Source: Dehalococcoidia bacterium
GTDB taxonomy: Bacteria > Chloroflexota > Dehalococcoidia > UBA2979
NCBI GenBank assembly: GCA_965219085.1
Contig: OZ244720.1
Coordinates: 192,001-256,000 of the forward strand
Length of the DNA: 64,000 bases
Direction: 5' to 3'
Shown here: piece after piece, positions 9,998-19,775 of the stretch
How positions within the stretch are numbered: position 1 is the first letter of the stretch
How the letters are laid out: each line of letters starts with the position of its first letter
The notes under the pieces: generated by a model
Seen by the model: only the letters and a program-made list of their open reading frames with translations
Told to the model about the DNA's origin: nothing
Databases searched by the model: none
Position numbers and translations under genes: made by a program

Positions 9998-11275
9998 ATC
10001 GTCACGATCGCCCCGTTCCGCGGCCTTCGCTATGACCCGGCTCGCGTCGACGCGAGCGCCGTGATCGCGCCGCCCTACGACGTCGTCGGAGAGGATGCCG
10101 TCGCCGCCCTGCACGCCAGGTCGCCGTACAACGTCGGGCACGTCGAGTCGCCCCGCGCCGCCGACGGCGGCGACCGCTACGCCCACGCCGCAGCGCTCCT
10201 CGACGCCTGGCAGCGCGAGGGCGTGCTCATCCGCGAGGAGGCCCCTGCGTACTACGTCTACGAGCAGCGCACGGCCATCGGCGGCGAGCGCGTCGCGCGG
10301 CGCTGCTGCTTCGCGCGCATGCAGCTCTCGCCGTTCGAGGACGGCGTGGTGCGCCCGCACGAGCACACGATGTCAGGCCCGAAGGCGGACCGGCTCGCGC
10401 TGCTGCGCGCCACGCGCGTCAACATCAGCCCGCTGCTCGTGATGTACCGCGACGCATCGGGCGCGGCGGCCAGGGTCATCGAGCAGGCGACCACAGGCGA
10501 GCCCGTCTACAGCGCCACCGACGACCGCGGCGACGAGCACCGCCTGTGGATCGTCGACGACCTGGCGGATGTCGACGCGCTGACCGCCGCCGCGGCCGGC
10601 TCGACCGCGACCATGGCCGACGGCCACCACCGCTACGAGACCGCCCTCAACTACCGCGCCGAGCGCGGCGGCCCCGACGGCGGGGACGAGGCCGCCCGCT
10701 GGGTGCTCGCCGGCCTCGTGGCGGAGGACGAGCCCGGGCTCGTCGTGCTGCCGACGCACCGCTTGCTGCCCAACGCGCAGGCCCCCGGCGACTTCGCCGC
10801 CCGCCTCGCCGAGCTCTACGAGGTCGAGGCGGTCGACGGCATCGAGGAGCTGTGGTCGCGGGTGCAGGCGGGAGCGTCGGAGCCCGGCACCTTCGGGCTG
10901 CTCGGCCTCGGCGGCTCGGGCCTGCACCTACTGCGCGCTCGCTCGGCCGGGGCGCTCGACGCGCGCATGCCGGCCGAGTGGTCGCCCGCCTCGCGCTCGC
11001 TCGACGTGCTGATCCTCAACGAGACGATCCTCGGCCCCCTGCTCGGCCTCGATGACGCCGCGTTCACCGCGGGCCGCGTCGAGTTCAGCGAGGACGTCGA
11101 GGAGGCGTGGGAGTGGACCCAGGCCGCGCCCGGGCGGCTCGCGTTCCTCGTCAACTCGACGCGCGTCGACCAGGTCGTCTCGGTCGCCGACGCGGGCGAG
11201 GTGATGCCGCAGAAGTCGACGTTCTTCTACCCGAAGCTCGCTACAGGGATGGTGCTGAACCCGCTCGACGAGTAG
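9998..11275 (+). CDS. DUF1015 family protein (probable ATC start)
   Basis: PFRGLRY, APPYDVV, RPHEHT, ADGHHRYETA, MPQKSTFFYPKL; conserved N-terminus begins at ATC 9998 after GAGGAG. Confidence 0.88.
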   Translation: MVTIAPFRGLRYDPARVDASAVIAPPYDVVGEDAVAALHARSPYNVGHVESPRAADGGDRYAHAAALLDAWQREGVLIREEAPAYYVYEQRTAIGGERVARRCCFARMQLSPFEDGVVRPHEHTMSGPKADRLALLRATRVNISPLLVMYRDASGAAARVIEQATTGEPVYSATDDRGDEHRLWIVDDLADVDALTAAAAGSTATMADGHHRYETALNYRAERGGPDGGDEAARWVLAGLVAEDEPGLVVLPTHRLLPNAQAPGDFAARLAELYEVEAVDGIEELWSRVQAGASEPGTFGLLGLGGSGLHLLRARSAGALDARMPAEWSPASRSLDVLILNETILGPLLGLDDAAFTAGRVEFSEDVEEAWEWTQAAPGRLAFLVNSTRVDQVVSVADAGEVMPQKSTFFYPKLATGMVLNPLDE

Positions 11276-11284
11276 CGGTCGGCG

Positions 11285-12868
11285 TTACGTCAAGTCGATC
11301 AGTCGCGCTGAGGAAATGTCGTCGATGGCGGCGAGCTGCGCGCGCTCGTCGGCGGTCAGCGCGCGGGTGATGCCGAGCGCCATCAGCGCCCTGCCCTCGA
11401 TGCTCCCGGCGACGGAGGACATGGAATTGACGTTCACGCCCCACTCGCCGAGCAGGCTGCCCACGCGCCCGATCATGCCGGGGCGGTCGACGTTCTCGAT
11501 CGCCAGCACGAAGGGGGCCACGCCGGGCGCGATCTCCACCTCGTAGTCGTCGACGCCGACGATGCGCACGCCCTGCGGCGTGTGCGTGGCGGCGATGCTC
11601 GTCTCCCCCGCGTCGGAGCGCACGTGCACGACAACGAGGTTGGCGTAGGGCTCGCGCGCCATCCCGCGGTCCTCGTCAACGGGGAGGCCGTGCTCCTCCG
11701 CCACCTGATCCGCGTTGACGACCGTGACCTTCGCGACCGATACGGGCTCCAGCACACCGACGATGGCGGCCGCGCGCAGCGGGCCCGTCTCGTGGTTCGC
11801 GATCTCGCCGAGGTACTCGATGCGCATGCCCTGGAGCTGCCCGCCCTCGAGCTGCGAGGCGACGCGGGCGGCGACCTCGACGGCCTCGATGTACGGGCCG
11901 ATCACCATCATCGTCTCGGCGTCGACCGGCGGGGCGTTGACGGCGAACTGCGGCTGGCGGCCGTTCAGCACATCGAGCACCTGCGCGACGGTGTCCACCG
12001 CCGCGCGGTCCTGCGCCTCGGCCGTCGATGCCGCGAGGTGCGGCGTGACGACGATGCGGTCGGAGGTGGTGAGGATGTTCCCGACGGCCGGCTCCTCGCT
12101 GAACACGTCGATGGCCGCGCCCGCCAGGCGGCCGCGGGTGACCGCGTCGTACAGCGCCTGCTCGTCGATGAGCGCGCCGCGGGCGGTGTTGATGAGGTAC
12201 GCCGTCGGCTTCATCAGCCCGAACTGCTCCGCGCTGATCAGGCCGCGCGTACCCTCGTGCAGCGCGGTGTGCAGCGTGACGAAGTCGGACTGCGCCAGCA
12301 GCTCCTCGAGCGTGCACAGCTCGACGCCAATCGAGTTCGCACGCTCCGTCGAGACGAAGGGGTCGTAGGCGACGACGCGCATCTCGAACGCCCGCGCGCG
12401 GATCGCGACTCCGGAGCCGATGCGCCCGAGCCCCACGACACCGAGCGTGCGCCCGGCCAGCTCGACGCCCTGCAGACGGCCGCGCTCCCAGCGCCCGTCG
12501 CGCAGCGAGGAGTCGCCGCGCGTGACGTTGCGCGCGGCGGCGAGCATGAGGGCGAAGGCGTGCTCGGTCGCCGACATCGTGTTCGCGAGCGGCGCGTTGA
12601 CGACGATCACCCCGCGCGCCGTCGCCGCCGCGACATCGATGTTGTCGACGCCCACACCCGCGCGGCCGATGACCTCGAGGCGCGGCGCGGCCTCGATGAC
12701 CCGCGCGGTCACCCGCGTCTGGCTGCGCACGACGAGGCCGGCGATGTCGGCCACGGCCTCGACGAGCTCGTCCTCGGACAGCCCGGCCTGGACGGTGACG
12801 TCGTGGTCTTCGCCGAGCATGGCGACGCCCTGCTCGGCGATCTGGTCGGCGATGAGGATGCGGGCCAT
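11285..12868 (-). CDS. serA: D-3-phosphoglycerate dehydrogenase
   Basis: GRAGVGVDNID, GLGRIG, INTARG, TPHLAAST, C-terminal ACT domain. Confidence 0.95.
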   Translation of the reverse strand: MARILIADQIAEQGVAMLGEDHDVTVQAGLSEDELVEAVADIAGLVVRSQTRVTARVIEAAPRLEVIGRAGVGVDNIDVAAATARGVIVVNAPLANTMSATEHAFALMLAAARNVTRGDSSLRDGRWERGRLQGVELAGRTLGVVGLGRIGSGVAIRARAFEMRVVAYDPFVSTERANSIGVELCTLEELLAQSDFVTLHTALHEGTRGLISAEQFGLMKPTAYLINTARGALIDEQALYDAVTRGRLAGAAIDVFSEEPAVGNILTTSDRIVVTPHLAASTAEAQDRAAVDTVAQVLDVLNGRQPQFAVNAPPVDAETMMVIGPYIEAVEVAARVASQLEGGQLQGMRIEYLGEIANHETGPLRAAAIVGVLEPVSVAKVTVVNADQVAEEHGLPVDEDRGMAREPYANLVVVHVRSDAGETSIAATHTPQGVRIVGVDDYEVEIAPGVAPFVLAIENVDRPGMIGRVGSLLGEWGVNVNSMSSVAGSIEGRALMALGITRALTADERAQLAAIDDISSARLIDLT

Positions 12869-12895
12869 CGGTTGTTCGCGCGCGCTTTCTGCGCG

Positions 12896-13993
12896 CTAGC
12901 CGCGCGCGGGCACGGCGTGGCCGAGCCGAGCGAGCGCGCCTTCGATGGCGCCGAGCGCTCCGTTGATGTCCTCGTCCGTGGTGTAGCCGAGGTGGCCGAA
13001 GCGGAAGATCTTGCCGCCCAGGGTGCGCTGGCCGCCGGCGAACACCGTGTCGAACTCCTCGCGCGCGATCTTGCGCAGCTCGTCGGCGGCGACGCCCTCC
13101 GGCGGCAGGATCGAGGTCACGGTGTCGGACCGCACGGACTCCTCGGCGAACAACTCGAGGCCGAGGTCCTGCACGCTGGCGCGCACGCGCGCGGCGGTGG
13201 CGTGGTGGCGCTCCCACACCTGCTCGACGCCCTCCTCGCGGAGCAGCGCGAGCGCGCGATCGAGCTGGTAGAAGATAGAGACGGCCGGGGTCCACGGCGT
13301 CTGGCCGTTGGCGGCGGCGTTCTTCGCGCGGCGCAGATCCAGGTACACGCGCGGCGTGGTGCACTGCTCCTGCACCTCCCACGCACGGTCGCTGACGCTC
13401 ACGAACGAGAGCCCGGGCGGAAGCATCCAGCCCTTCTGCGAGCCGGACACGACCACGTCGAGCCCCCACGCGTCCGTCTCGACCGGGATCGAGGACAGCG
13501 ACGAGATGGCGTCGACGATGAGCAGCCGGTCGCGGCCCTTCACGACGCGCGCGATCTCCTGGAGCGGGTTCGTCGCGCCGGTCGAGGTCTCGTTGTGGGT
13601 GACGAAGACGGTGCGGATGTCGTCGTTCGCGGCCAGCGCCTCGTCGATGGCGTTCGGGTCGGCGCCGGTGCCGTACTCGAAGGCGAGGTGGACGGGGTCA
13701 CCGCCGTAGATGCGGATGAGGTCCAGGAAGCGCTCGCCGAAGACGCCGATGGTGACGACGAGGACGCGCTCCTCCGGGCTGACGTGGTTGACGACCGCTG
13801 ACTCCATGCCGCCCGTTCCCGAGGCGGTGAGGATCGCGACGTGGTTCTGCGTGCGGTAGACCTCCTTGAGGCCCTCCTCGCAGCGCGCGAGCATGGCGGC
13901 GAACTCCGAGCCGCGATGGTTCATCATCGGGGCGGCGCCAGCCTCGGCGACCTCTTGCGGCACGGGGATCGGGCCGGGCGTGCGCAGGTTCAA
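12896..13993 (-). CDS. Class V PLP aminotransferase (serine-pyruvate/alanine-glyoxylate type; probable phosphoserine aminotransferase role)
   Basis: TTG start after AGGAGG; NLRTPGP, SGTGGME, HNETSTG, DAISS, GSQKGWMLPPG. Confidence 0.9.
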   Translation of the reverse strand: MNLRTPGPIPVPQEVAEAGAAPMMNHRGSEFAAMLARCEEGLKEVYRTQNHVAILTASGTGGMESAVVNHVSPEERVLVVTIGVFGERFLDLIRIYGGDPVHLAFEYGTGADPNAIDEALAANDDIRTVFVTHNETSTGATNPLQEIARVVKGRDRLLIVDAISSLSSIPVETDAWGLDVVVSGSQKGWMLPPGLSFVSVSDRAWEVQEQCTTPRVYLDLRRAKNAAANGQTPWTPAVSIFYQLDRALALLREEGVEQVWERHHATAARVRASVQDLGLELFAEESVRSDTVTSILPPEGVAADELRKIAREEFDTVFAGGQRTLGGKIFRFGHLGYTTDEDINGALGAIEGALARLGHAVPARG

Positions 13994-14177
13994 CTGCTCC
14001 TCCTGGGCATGGAATGCGCCTGCGGTCGCAGGCAATCCGGATCGTAGGGTGAGCATTTCCGTAGCGTCAATGAATCGGCCCTCGATCCGGGCATCGATCC
14101 GCTGCTCCGACGGGCCACCGCACGCGCGTGCAACCGGCTCGGCTGTCGCGGCCCCTCCCACGTACAATCGACCCACG

Positions 14178-15569
14178 ATGCCGGAAGCGCAAAACCCCTA
14201 CCGCGGCCTGCCCGCCATCGATCGGCTGCTCGCCGACGAGCGGGTAGCGCCGCTCGCCGAGCGCCACGGCCACGACGCGCTCGTGAGCATCAGCCGCGCC
14301 GTCCTCGACGAGTATCGCGCCGAGATCGACCGCGCCGGTGAGGCGCCAGGCCGCCCACCCGCCGAGGCGGTGGCCGAGCGTGCGCGGGCGCTCGAACCCT
14401 CGCTGCGGCGCGTGATCAACGCCACCGGCGTGGTGATCCACACCAACCTCGGCCGCGCCCCGCTTTCGCGCGCGACGATCGAGGCGATGGCCGCGGCGTC
14501 TGAGGGCTACTCGAACCTCGAGTTCGACCTCGACAGCGGGGGGCGGGGCTCGCGGTTCAGCCACCTCTCGGAGCTGCTGTCACGCGTCACCGGCGCGGAG
14601 ACGGGGATCGCGGTCAACAACAACGCGGCGGCGCTGCTGCTGGCGCTCTCGGCGCTATGCGCGGGGCACGAGGTGGTGATCTCGCGCGGGCAGCTCGTTG
14701 AGATCGGCGGCGGGTTCCGCATCCCCGATGTGATGCGCCAGTCCGGCGCGCGCCTCGTCGAGGTCGGCACGACGAACCGCACCTACCTGCGCGACTACGC
14801 CGAGGCGATCACGGAGGAGACGGCGGCGCTGCTGCGCGTGCATGCATCGAACTTCCGCGTCGTCGGCTTTACCGAGGCCGCCCCGCTCGACGGCCTTGCG
14901 GCGCTCGCGCGCGAGCGTGGGCTGCTGCTCATCGACGACCTCGGCAGCGGCGCGCTGCTCGACACGCGCCCGTACGGACTCGCGCCCGAGCCGATGGTGC
15001 AGGAGTCGGTCGCCGCGGGCGCCGACGTGACGCTGTTCTCCGGCGACAAGCTCCTCGGCGGCCCGCAGGCCGGCATCGCCGTCGGCTCGGCCGACGCGAT
15101 CGCGACAATGCAGCGCCACCCGCTGGCGCGCGCGATGCGGCTCGACAAGGCCGCGATCGCCGGCCTCGCCGCCACCCTCGAGCACTACGCGCGCGGCGAG
15201 GCGATCGAGGCGGTCCCGGTGTGGCAGATGATCGCCGCGCCGCTCGACAGCGTGCGCCGCCGCGCCCGCCGCTGGGCGCGCGCCTGCGGTGACGGCGTGG
15301 CCGCCGAGGTCGTCACGGGCCGGTCGATGGTCGGCGGCGGCTCGCTGCCCGGCGAGGGCGTCGAGACGGCGCTGTGCGCGATCGCCGAACCACCCGGCGG
15401 CGCCGACGCGTTCACCACGGCGCTACGCGCCGTCGACCCGCCGATCATCGCGCGCATCGAGCGCGACCGCGTCCTCCTCGACCCACGCACCGTCGAGTCC
15501 TCCGACGACCGCCTCATCGAGGAGGCGCTGCGCGCGGCCTGCGTGCCGGGAGGCCCCGCTGGACGATAA
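14178..15569 (+). CDS. selA: L-seryl-tRNA(Sec) selenium transferase
   Basis: INATGVVIHTNLGRAPL, VNNNAAA, EIGGGFRIPDVM, VGTTNRT, FSGDKLLGGPQAG. Confidence 0.96.
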   Translation: MPEAQNPYRGLPAIDRLLADERVAPLAERHGHDALVSISRAVLDEYRAEIDRAGEAPGRPPAEAVAERARALEPSLRRVINATGVVIHTNLGRAPLSRATIEAMAAASEGYSNLEFDLDSGGRGSRFSHLSELLSRVTGAETGIAVNNNAAALLLALSALCAGHEVVISRGQLVEIGGGFRIPDVMRQSGARLVEVGTTNRTYLRDYAEAITEETAALLRVHASNFRVVGFTEAAPLDGLAALARERGLLLIDDLGSGALLDTRPYGLAPEPMVQESVAAGADVTLFSGDKLLGGPQAGIAVGSADAIATMQRHPLARAMRLDKAAIAGLAATLEHYARGEAIEAVPVWQMIAAPLDSVRRRARRWARACGDGVAAEVVTGRSMVGGGSLPGEGVETALCAIAEPPGGADAFTTALRAVDPPIIARIERDRVLLDPRTVESSDDRLIEEALRAACVPGGPAGR

Positions 15570-17934
15570 GGCCCTTGCCGTCATCGAGTTCCCCGCAGTG
15601 CGCGAGCGCCTCGCGCGCCACACGACGTTCTCCGCCGGCCGCGAGGCCGCGCTGTCGCTGCGCCCGTCCTCGGACCGCCACACGGTCGTGCGGCGCCAGC
15701 GCGAGACCGCCGAGGCGGTCCACCTGGCGGCGGCCCGCGTGAACGTGCCGATGGGCGGCATCCACGACGTGCGGCCGATGGCCCGCGCGGCGGAACGCGG
15801 GCACACGCTCACCGCGTCCGAGCTGCTCGAGGTCGGGTCGCTGGGGCGCGCCGTCGGTCGGGTGCGGCGCGCGTTCGCGCGCATCGAGGACGAGACGCCG
15901 CTGCTCGCGACGCTCGTGCGCGGCCTCGCCGACCTCGAGCCGCTGCATACGTTGATCCGCTCCGTGTTCAATGACCGCGGCGAGGTGCTCGACAGCGCCA
16001 GCCCCACGCTCCAGTCGATCCGCCGCGAGCGCGCCGAGGTGCACGGGCGCCTGCAGCAGCGGATGGAGTCGCTCGTGCGCTCGCCCGCCGTGCGTGGGGC
16101 GCTGCAGGACGCCATCGTCACGCTCCGCGAGGGCCGCTACGTGCTGCCCGTGCGCTCCGAGGCGCGCAGCGCCGTGCCGGGCATCGTCCACGACTCGTCG
16201 GCCTCCGGCGCGACGGTCTACGTCGAGCCCATGGCCGTCGTCGACCTCGGCAACCGCTGGCGCGAGCTGGAGGCGCAGGAGCGCCACGAGATCGAGCGCA
16301 TCCTGCGCGAGATCACCGAGGCCGTCGGCGACGCCGCCGACGACCTCGCCGACGCCGTCGACCGCCTCGCGCAGCTCGACCTCGCTCTGGCGAAGGCGCA
16401 ACTCGCCGACGAGCTCGACGCGACGGCGCTGGCCGAGCGCGGACGCGACGTGCCGTGGCTGGTCCCCACGCCTGCCGAACTGCTGCTCGTCGAGGCGCGG
16501 CACCCGCTCCTCGATGGCGAGGTGGTGCCGGTCACCATCGAGGTGGGCGGCTCGGCGCGGGCGCTGCTCATCACCGGGCCGAACACCGGCGGGAAGACCG
16601 TGGCGCTCAAGACCGCCGGGCTGCTGTGCGTGATGGCGCTCGCAGGGCTGCCGCTCCCGGCAGCCGAGGGCTCGCGCGTCCCCGTGTACGACGCCGTCTT
16701 CGCCGACATCGGCGACGAGCAGTCGATCGAGCAGTCGCTATCGACGTTCTCGGGGCACATCACCGCCATCATCGACATCCTCGAACGCGCGGACGCCGGC
16801 TCGCTCGTGCTCCTCGACGAGCTGGGGGCGGGCACCGACCCGACTGAGGGCGCCGTGCTCGCGATCGCCATCGTCGAGCAGCTCGTCGCGGCTGGCGTGA
16901 CGCTCATCGCGACGACGCACCACAGCGAGCTCAAGCTCTACGCCCACAACCACGATGACGTCGCGAACGCGTCCGTCGAGTTCGACGTCGAGACGCTCGC
17001 GCCGACCTACCACCTGCGCATCGGCATCCCCGGTCAGTCGAACGCGCTCGCGATCGCCACGCGGCTGGGCATGCCCGCCGACGTGATCGAAGCGGCCGGC
17101 GCCGGGCTCTCCAGCGAGCAGCGCGACCTCGAGACCGTGCTCGCCGACCTGCGCGACCAGCTCGCCGCCGCCGAGGACCGCGCCGAGCGTGCGGCCGCCG
17201 ACCGCGACGCCGCCGAAGCGCTGCGGCTCGACCTCCAGCGGCAGCTCTCCAGCCTCGCCGATGAGAGTGCGCAGCTGCGCTCCGACGCCCGCGATCGCGT
17301 CCGCGAGGAGGTCCGCGACGCCGAGCGGCTGCTGCAGCGCGTGCGCCGCGAGGTCGAGTCGGCGCGGCTGGAACAGGCCGCCGAGGACCTCGAACGCGCG
17401 CGTCGGGCAGCGGCGGCGCTCGCGCCGGCGCCGTCTGCCGAAGTAGCGCCCTCGCCCGCCGTGCGCACGGCGCAGACGCTGCCGGCCCCGGAGGTGGGCG
17501 CACGGGTATGGCTGCGCGGCGTGTCGGTACCCGGCGAGGCGCTGAGCGAACCGAACGCGGCCGGTGAGTTCGAGGTCCAACTCGGCGCGCTACGCACCCG
17601 CGTGCGGCTGCCGCAGGTCGAGCGCATGGAGACCCCCGACGGCGAGGTGACCCTGCCGATCGCGATGCCGCCCGTGCCCGAAGCGCCCGAGGAGGTCGAG
17701 GTGCGCGGCCGCCGCGTCGAGGAAGGCCTGATAGCCGTCGAGTCGTTCATCGACGATGCCTCGCGCGCCGGGCGGGAGCGCGTGCGCATCATCCACGGCC
17801 GAGGCACCGGCGCGATGCGGCAGGCCGTGCGCGGCCTCCTCGACGACCACCCGCTGGTCGTGAAGTACGAGGGCGGCGGCACGCGCGAGGGCGGCGAGGG
17901 CGTCACCATCGCCTACCTCGCCGGCGCCCCGTAG
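15559..17934 (+). CDS. mutS2: Endonuclease MutS2 (probable CTG start)
   Basis: (M)DDKALAVIEF start after GGGAGG; ITGPNTGGKT, DIGDEQSIEQSLSTFS, DELGAGTDP, Smr domain IIHGRGTG. Confidence 0.95.
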   Translation: MDDKALAVIEFPAVRERLARHTTFSAGREAALSLRPSSDRHTVVRRQRETAEAVHLAAARVNVPMGGIHDVRPMARAAERGHTLTASELLEVGSLGRAVGRVRRAFARIEDETPLLATLVRGLADLEPLHTLIRSVFNDRGEVLDSASPTLQSIRRERAEVHGRLQQRMESLVRSPAVRGALQDAIVTLREGRYVLPVRSEARSAVPGIVHDSSASGATVYVEPMAVVDLGNRWRELEAQERHEIERILREITEAVGDAADDLADAVDRLAQLDLALAKAQLADELDATALAERGRDVPWLVPTPAELLLVEARHPLLDGEVVPVTIEVGGSARALLITGPNTGGKTVALKTAGLLCVMALAGLPLPAAEGSRVPVYDAVFADIGDEQSIEQSLSTFSGHITAIIDILERADAGSLVLLDELGAGTDPTEGAVLAIAIVEQLVAAGVTLIATTHHSELKLYAHNHDDVANASVEFDVETLAPTYHLRIGIPGQSNALAIATRLGMPADVIEAAGAGLSSEQRDLETVLADLRDQLAAAEDRAERAAADRDAAEALRLDLQRQLSSLADESAQLRSDARDRVREEVRDAERLLQRVRREVESARLEQAAEDLERARRAAAALAPAPSAEVAPSPAVRTAQTLPAPEVGARVWLRGVSVPGEALSEPNAAGEFEVQLGALRTRVRLPQVERMETPDGEVTLPIAMPPVPEAPEEVEVRGRRVEEGLIAVESFIDDASRAGRERVRIIHGRGTGAMRQAVRGLLDDHPLVVKYEGGGTREGGEGVTIAYLAGAP

Positions 17935-18018
17935 CGCGCCCGGCCGTCACACGAGTCACTCCAAGGTAGGGCGATGACCTCGAGCAGCAGGAGGAGTCTG
18001 GAGCCGGTCAGGATCGGC

Positions 18019-19710
18019 TCAGTCAGCTAGGCGAATTGAATCCACAATCGGGTCAAGTCGCGGACTTGCATCACGCGCGAATACCTCGCCTGTTCCGGGA
18101 CTGATCTGAAGACGAGCCCCCGTTTCTTCGTCTATGAGGGTCACTCCGCTAGCTATGTAGGTGCGGTAACTGGAATTACGAAGGTACTCCGGACTAGCTA
18201 CAATCCGCATTCCCGCAGGTACATCGACAAGGTATCGAGATCCGGGCGCAATCCGATACGTACCCTTCCCTGCTGGCTCCCATGCAATGAGCGTGCGTAT
18301 GCCACCCTCGCCGACACGTCCAGGCGGAACGAGCCACGCGAAGTCAACATCCTTCGCTGCTGCCGGGTCGTTGATAGCGTCTCCGCATCGCCCCCCATAT
18401 ACAGTAACCCAGTCAACGCCGTAGCTCCGCGGGACAGACGAGGCCGTGGGAACGCTCGTCACTCTGAAGCGGAATACGCAGTCGAGGCCATTCATCCGGT
18501 ACTCGAACGCGTCCCCGATCTCGACAATGTCGTAGACGGCGGCGCGGGACTGTCCGGTCGCATCTGTAGGGTGGATGCGCAACTCGACGCCGCGGGCCGG
18601 GCGACCACCGAAGTTATTGATCGCGCTCGTTGCGTCTCCTGCGGTTTGGAGGAATGAGTAGCTGCCCGGAGCCGTGGCAGCGCCGGTCGTGTCGAGCAGG
18701 TTGTAACGGAACGTCGGCACGGAGAACACAGTCGTAACGACCGTGTCGCCGAGCACGGGCTCGTGGTTGGGCCGGATTGGATGGGGCCTCGCTGCCGTCA
18801 GGTCGAACGTGATGAGGGTGGGTGCGGCCTCGTCGTTCGTCACCGTGAACGTGTAGGTCGTCCCCACCGGCTGGATGAGCTGCGACGCCGAGACCGGCGG
18901 TGGTGTCCCCAACGGCGTTCGCTGCAGGTCGAAGCGCGTGTACCCCGCGGGTAGCCGTGCCGCCGTTACCACCGTCACCTGCTGCCCGCGCCCGACGTAG
19001 TAACGGCCGTCTGACGCGGGCCTGAGAAGCATCTCGGAGGGGACGGCCGCCACCTGCGCATAGTCGTCGGGCGCACCTACATACACCGCGACGATACAGT
19101 CGGCCTCCGTCGGCGCGGCGCAACGGCCGGGCGCAGCCGCCCGGGGAGCCGACTGTGGGGGGACCGGCGTTGGTGTGGGCCTGAGCGTGGCGGTGGGCGA
19201 TGGAGCGGGTGACGGCTCGAGGTCGGCCGCGGGTGGCGCCGCCGGAGACACCGGGGCGGCCGCTGGCTCGCGCTCCGGTGTTGGAGTGGGCGGAACGGTC
19301 CCAGTGACGACCAGCCGGTTGACTGCCGGCGGGTCGCCGTTCCCCTCCAACGCCACCTCGAGCACCACCAGCGCCACGACCACCGCGACGACCCCGGCCA
19401 GCACGGCCACACCCGCCCCGACCCACATCAGCGGGCGAGCGAACGAACCGAGGACGGCCGGAAGCGCGAACAGCGCGCGGAGCCGCCCTCGCGTGCCATC
19501 GGGGTGCCAGGCCGCGAGCTCCTCGCGGCTCCGGAGCTCCAGCTTTGCCAGCATGCTCGAGACGTGGGACTTGACCGTCTCGGCGCCGATGCCGAGACGC
19601 GACGCGATCTCGGCGTTGGTGCCGCCGCGGCGCAGCTCCTCGAGGACGCGCCACTCCGCCGGCGTCAGGATGTCGGGATGGCGCGGGCGACCCCCTCGAT
19701 GGTGCTCCAT
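18019..19710 (-). CDS. LuxR-type HTH / transmembrane / extracytoplasmic domain protein
   Basis: N-terminal LTPAEWRVL..GGTNAEIA..LGI...TVKSHVSSMLAKL, TM helix, Pro/Thr-rich linker, Cys-containing C-terminal domains. Confidence 0.8.
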   Translation of the reverse strand: MEHHRGGRPRHPDILTPAEWRVLEELRRGGTNAEIASRLGIGAETVKSHVSSMLAKLELRSREELAAWHPDGTRGRLRALFALPAVLGSFARPLMWVGAGVAVLAGVVAVVVALVVLEVALEGNGDPPAVNRLVVTGTVPPTPTPEREPAAAPVSPAAPPAADLEPSPAPSPTATLRPTPTPVPPQSAPRAAAPGRCAAPTEADCIVAVYVGAPDDYAQVAAVPSEMLLRPASDGRYYVGRGQQVTVVTAARLPAGYTRFDLQRTPLGTPPPVSASQLIQPVGTTYTFTVTNDEAAPTLITFDLTAARPHPIRPNHEPVLGDTVVTTVFSVPTFRYNLLDTTGAATAPGSYSFLQTAGDATSAINNFGGRPARGVELRIHPTDATGQSRAAVYDIVEIGDAFEYRMNGLDCVFRFRVTSVPTASSVPRSYGVDWVTVYGGRCGDAINDPAAAKDVDFAWLVPPGRVGEGGIRTLIAWEPAGKGTYRIAPGSRYLVDVPAGMRIVASPEYLRNSSYRTYIASGVTLIDEETGARLQISPGTGEVFARDASPRLDPIVDSIRLAD

Positions 19711-19728
19711 CCTCCCATGCTAGAGCGG

Positions 19729-19756
19729 CGGTCGGGGAGGTTTCCTCCCCCGACCG
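19729..19756. promoter_or_regulatory. Inverted repeat (terminator of the liv operon and/or operator of the LuxR-TM gene)
   Basis: CGGTCGGGGAGG-TTT-CCTCCCCCGACCG, just upstream of TAGCAT -10 (19717-19722, minus strand). Confidence 0.55.
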
Positions 19757-19775
19757 GGCCGGCGCCCCGTAGGGC

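Noticed and set aside
18019-18500. Diversity-generating retroelement variable region in the LuxR-TM gene
   Set aside because: No template repeat or reverse transcriptase is visible in the window
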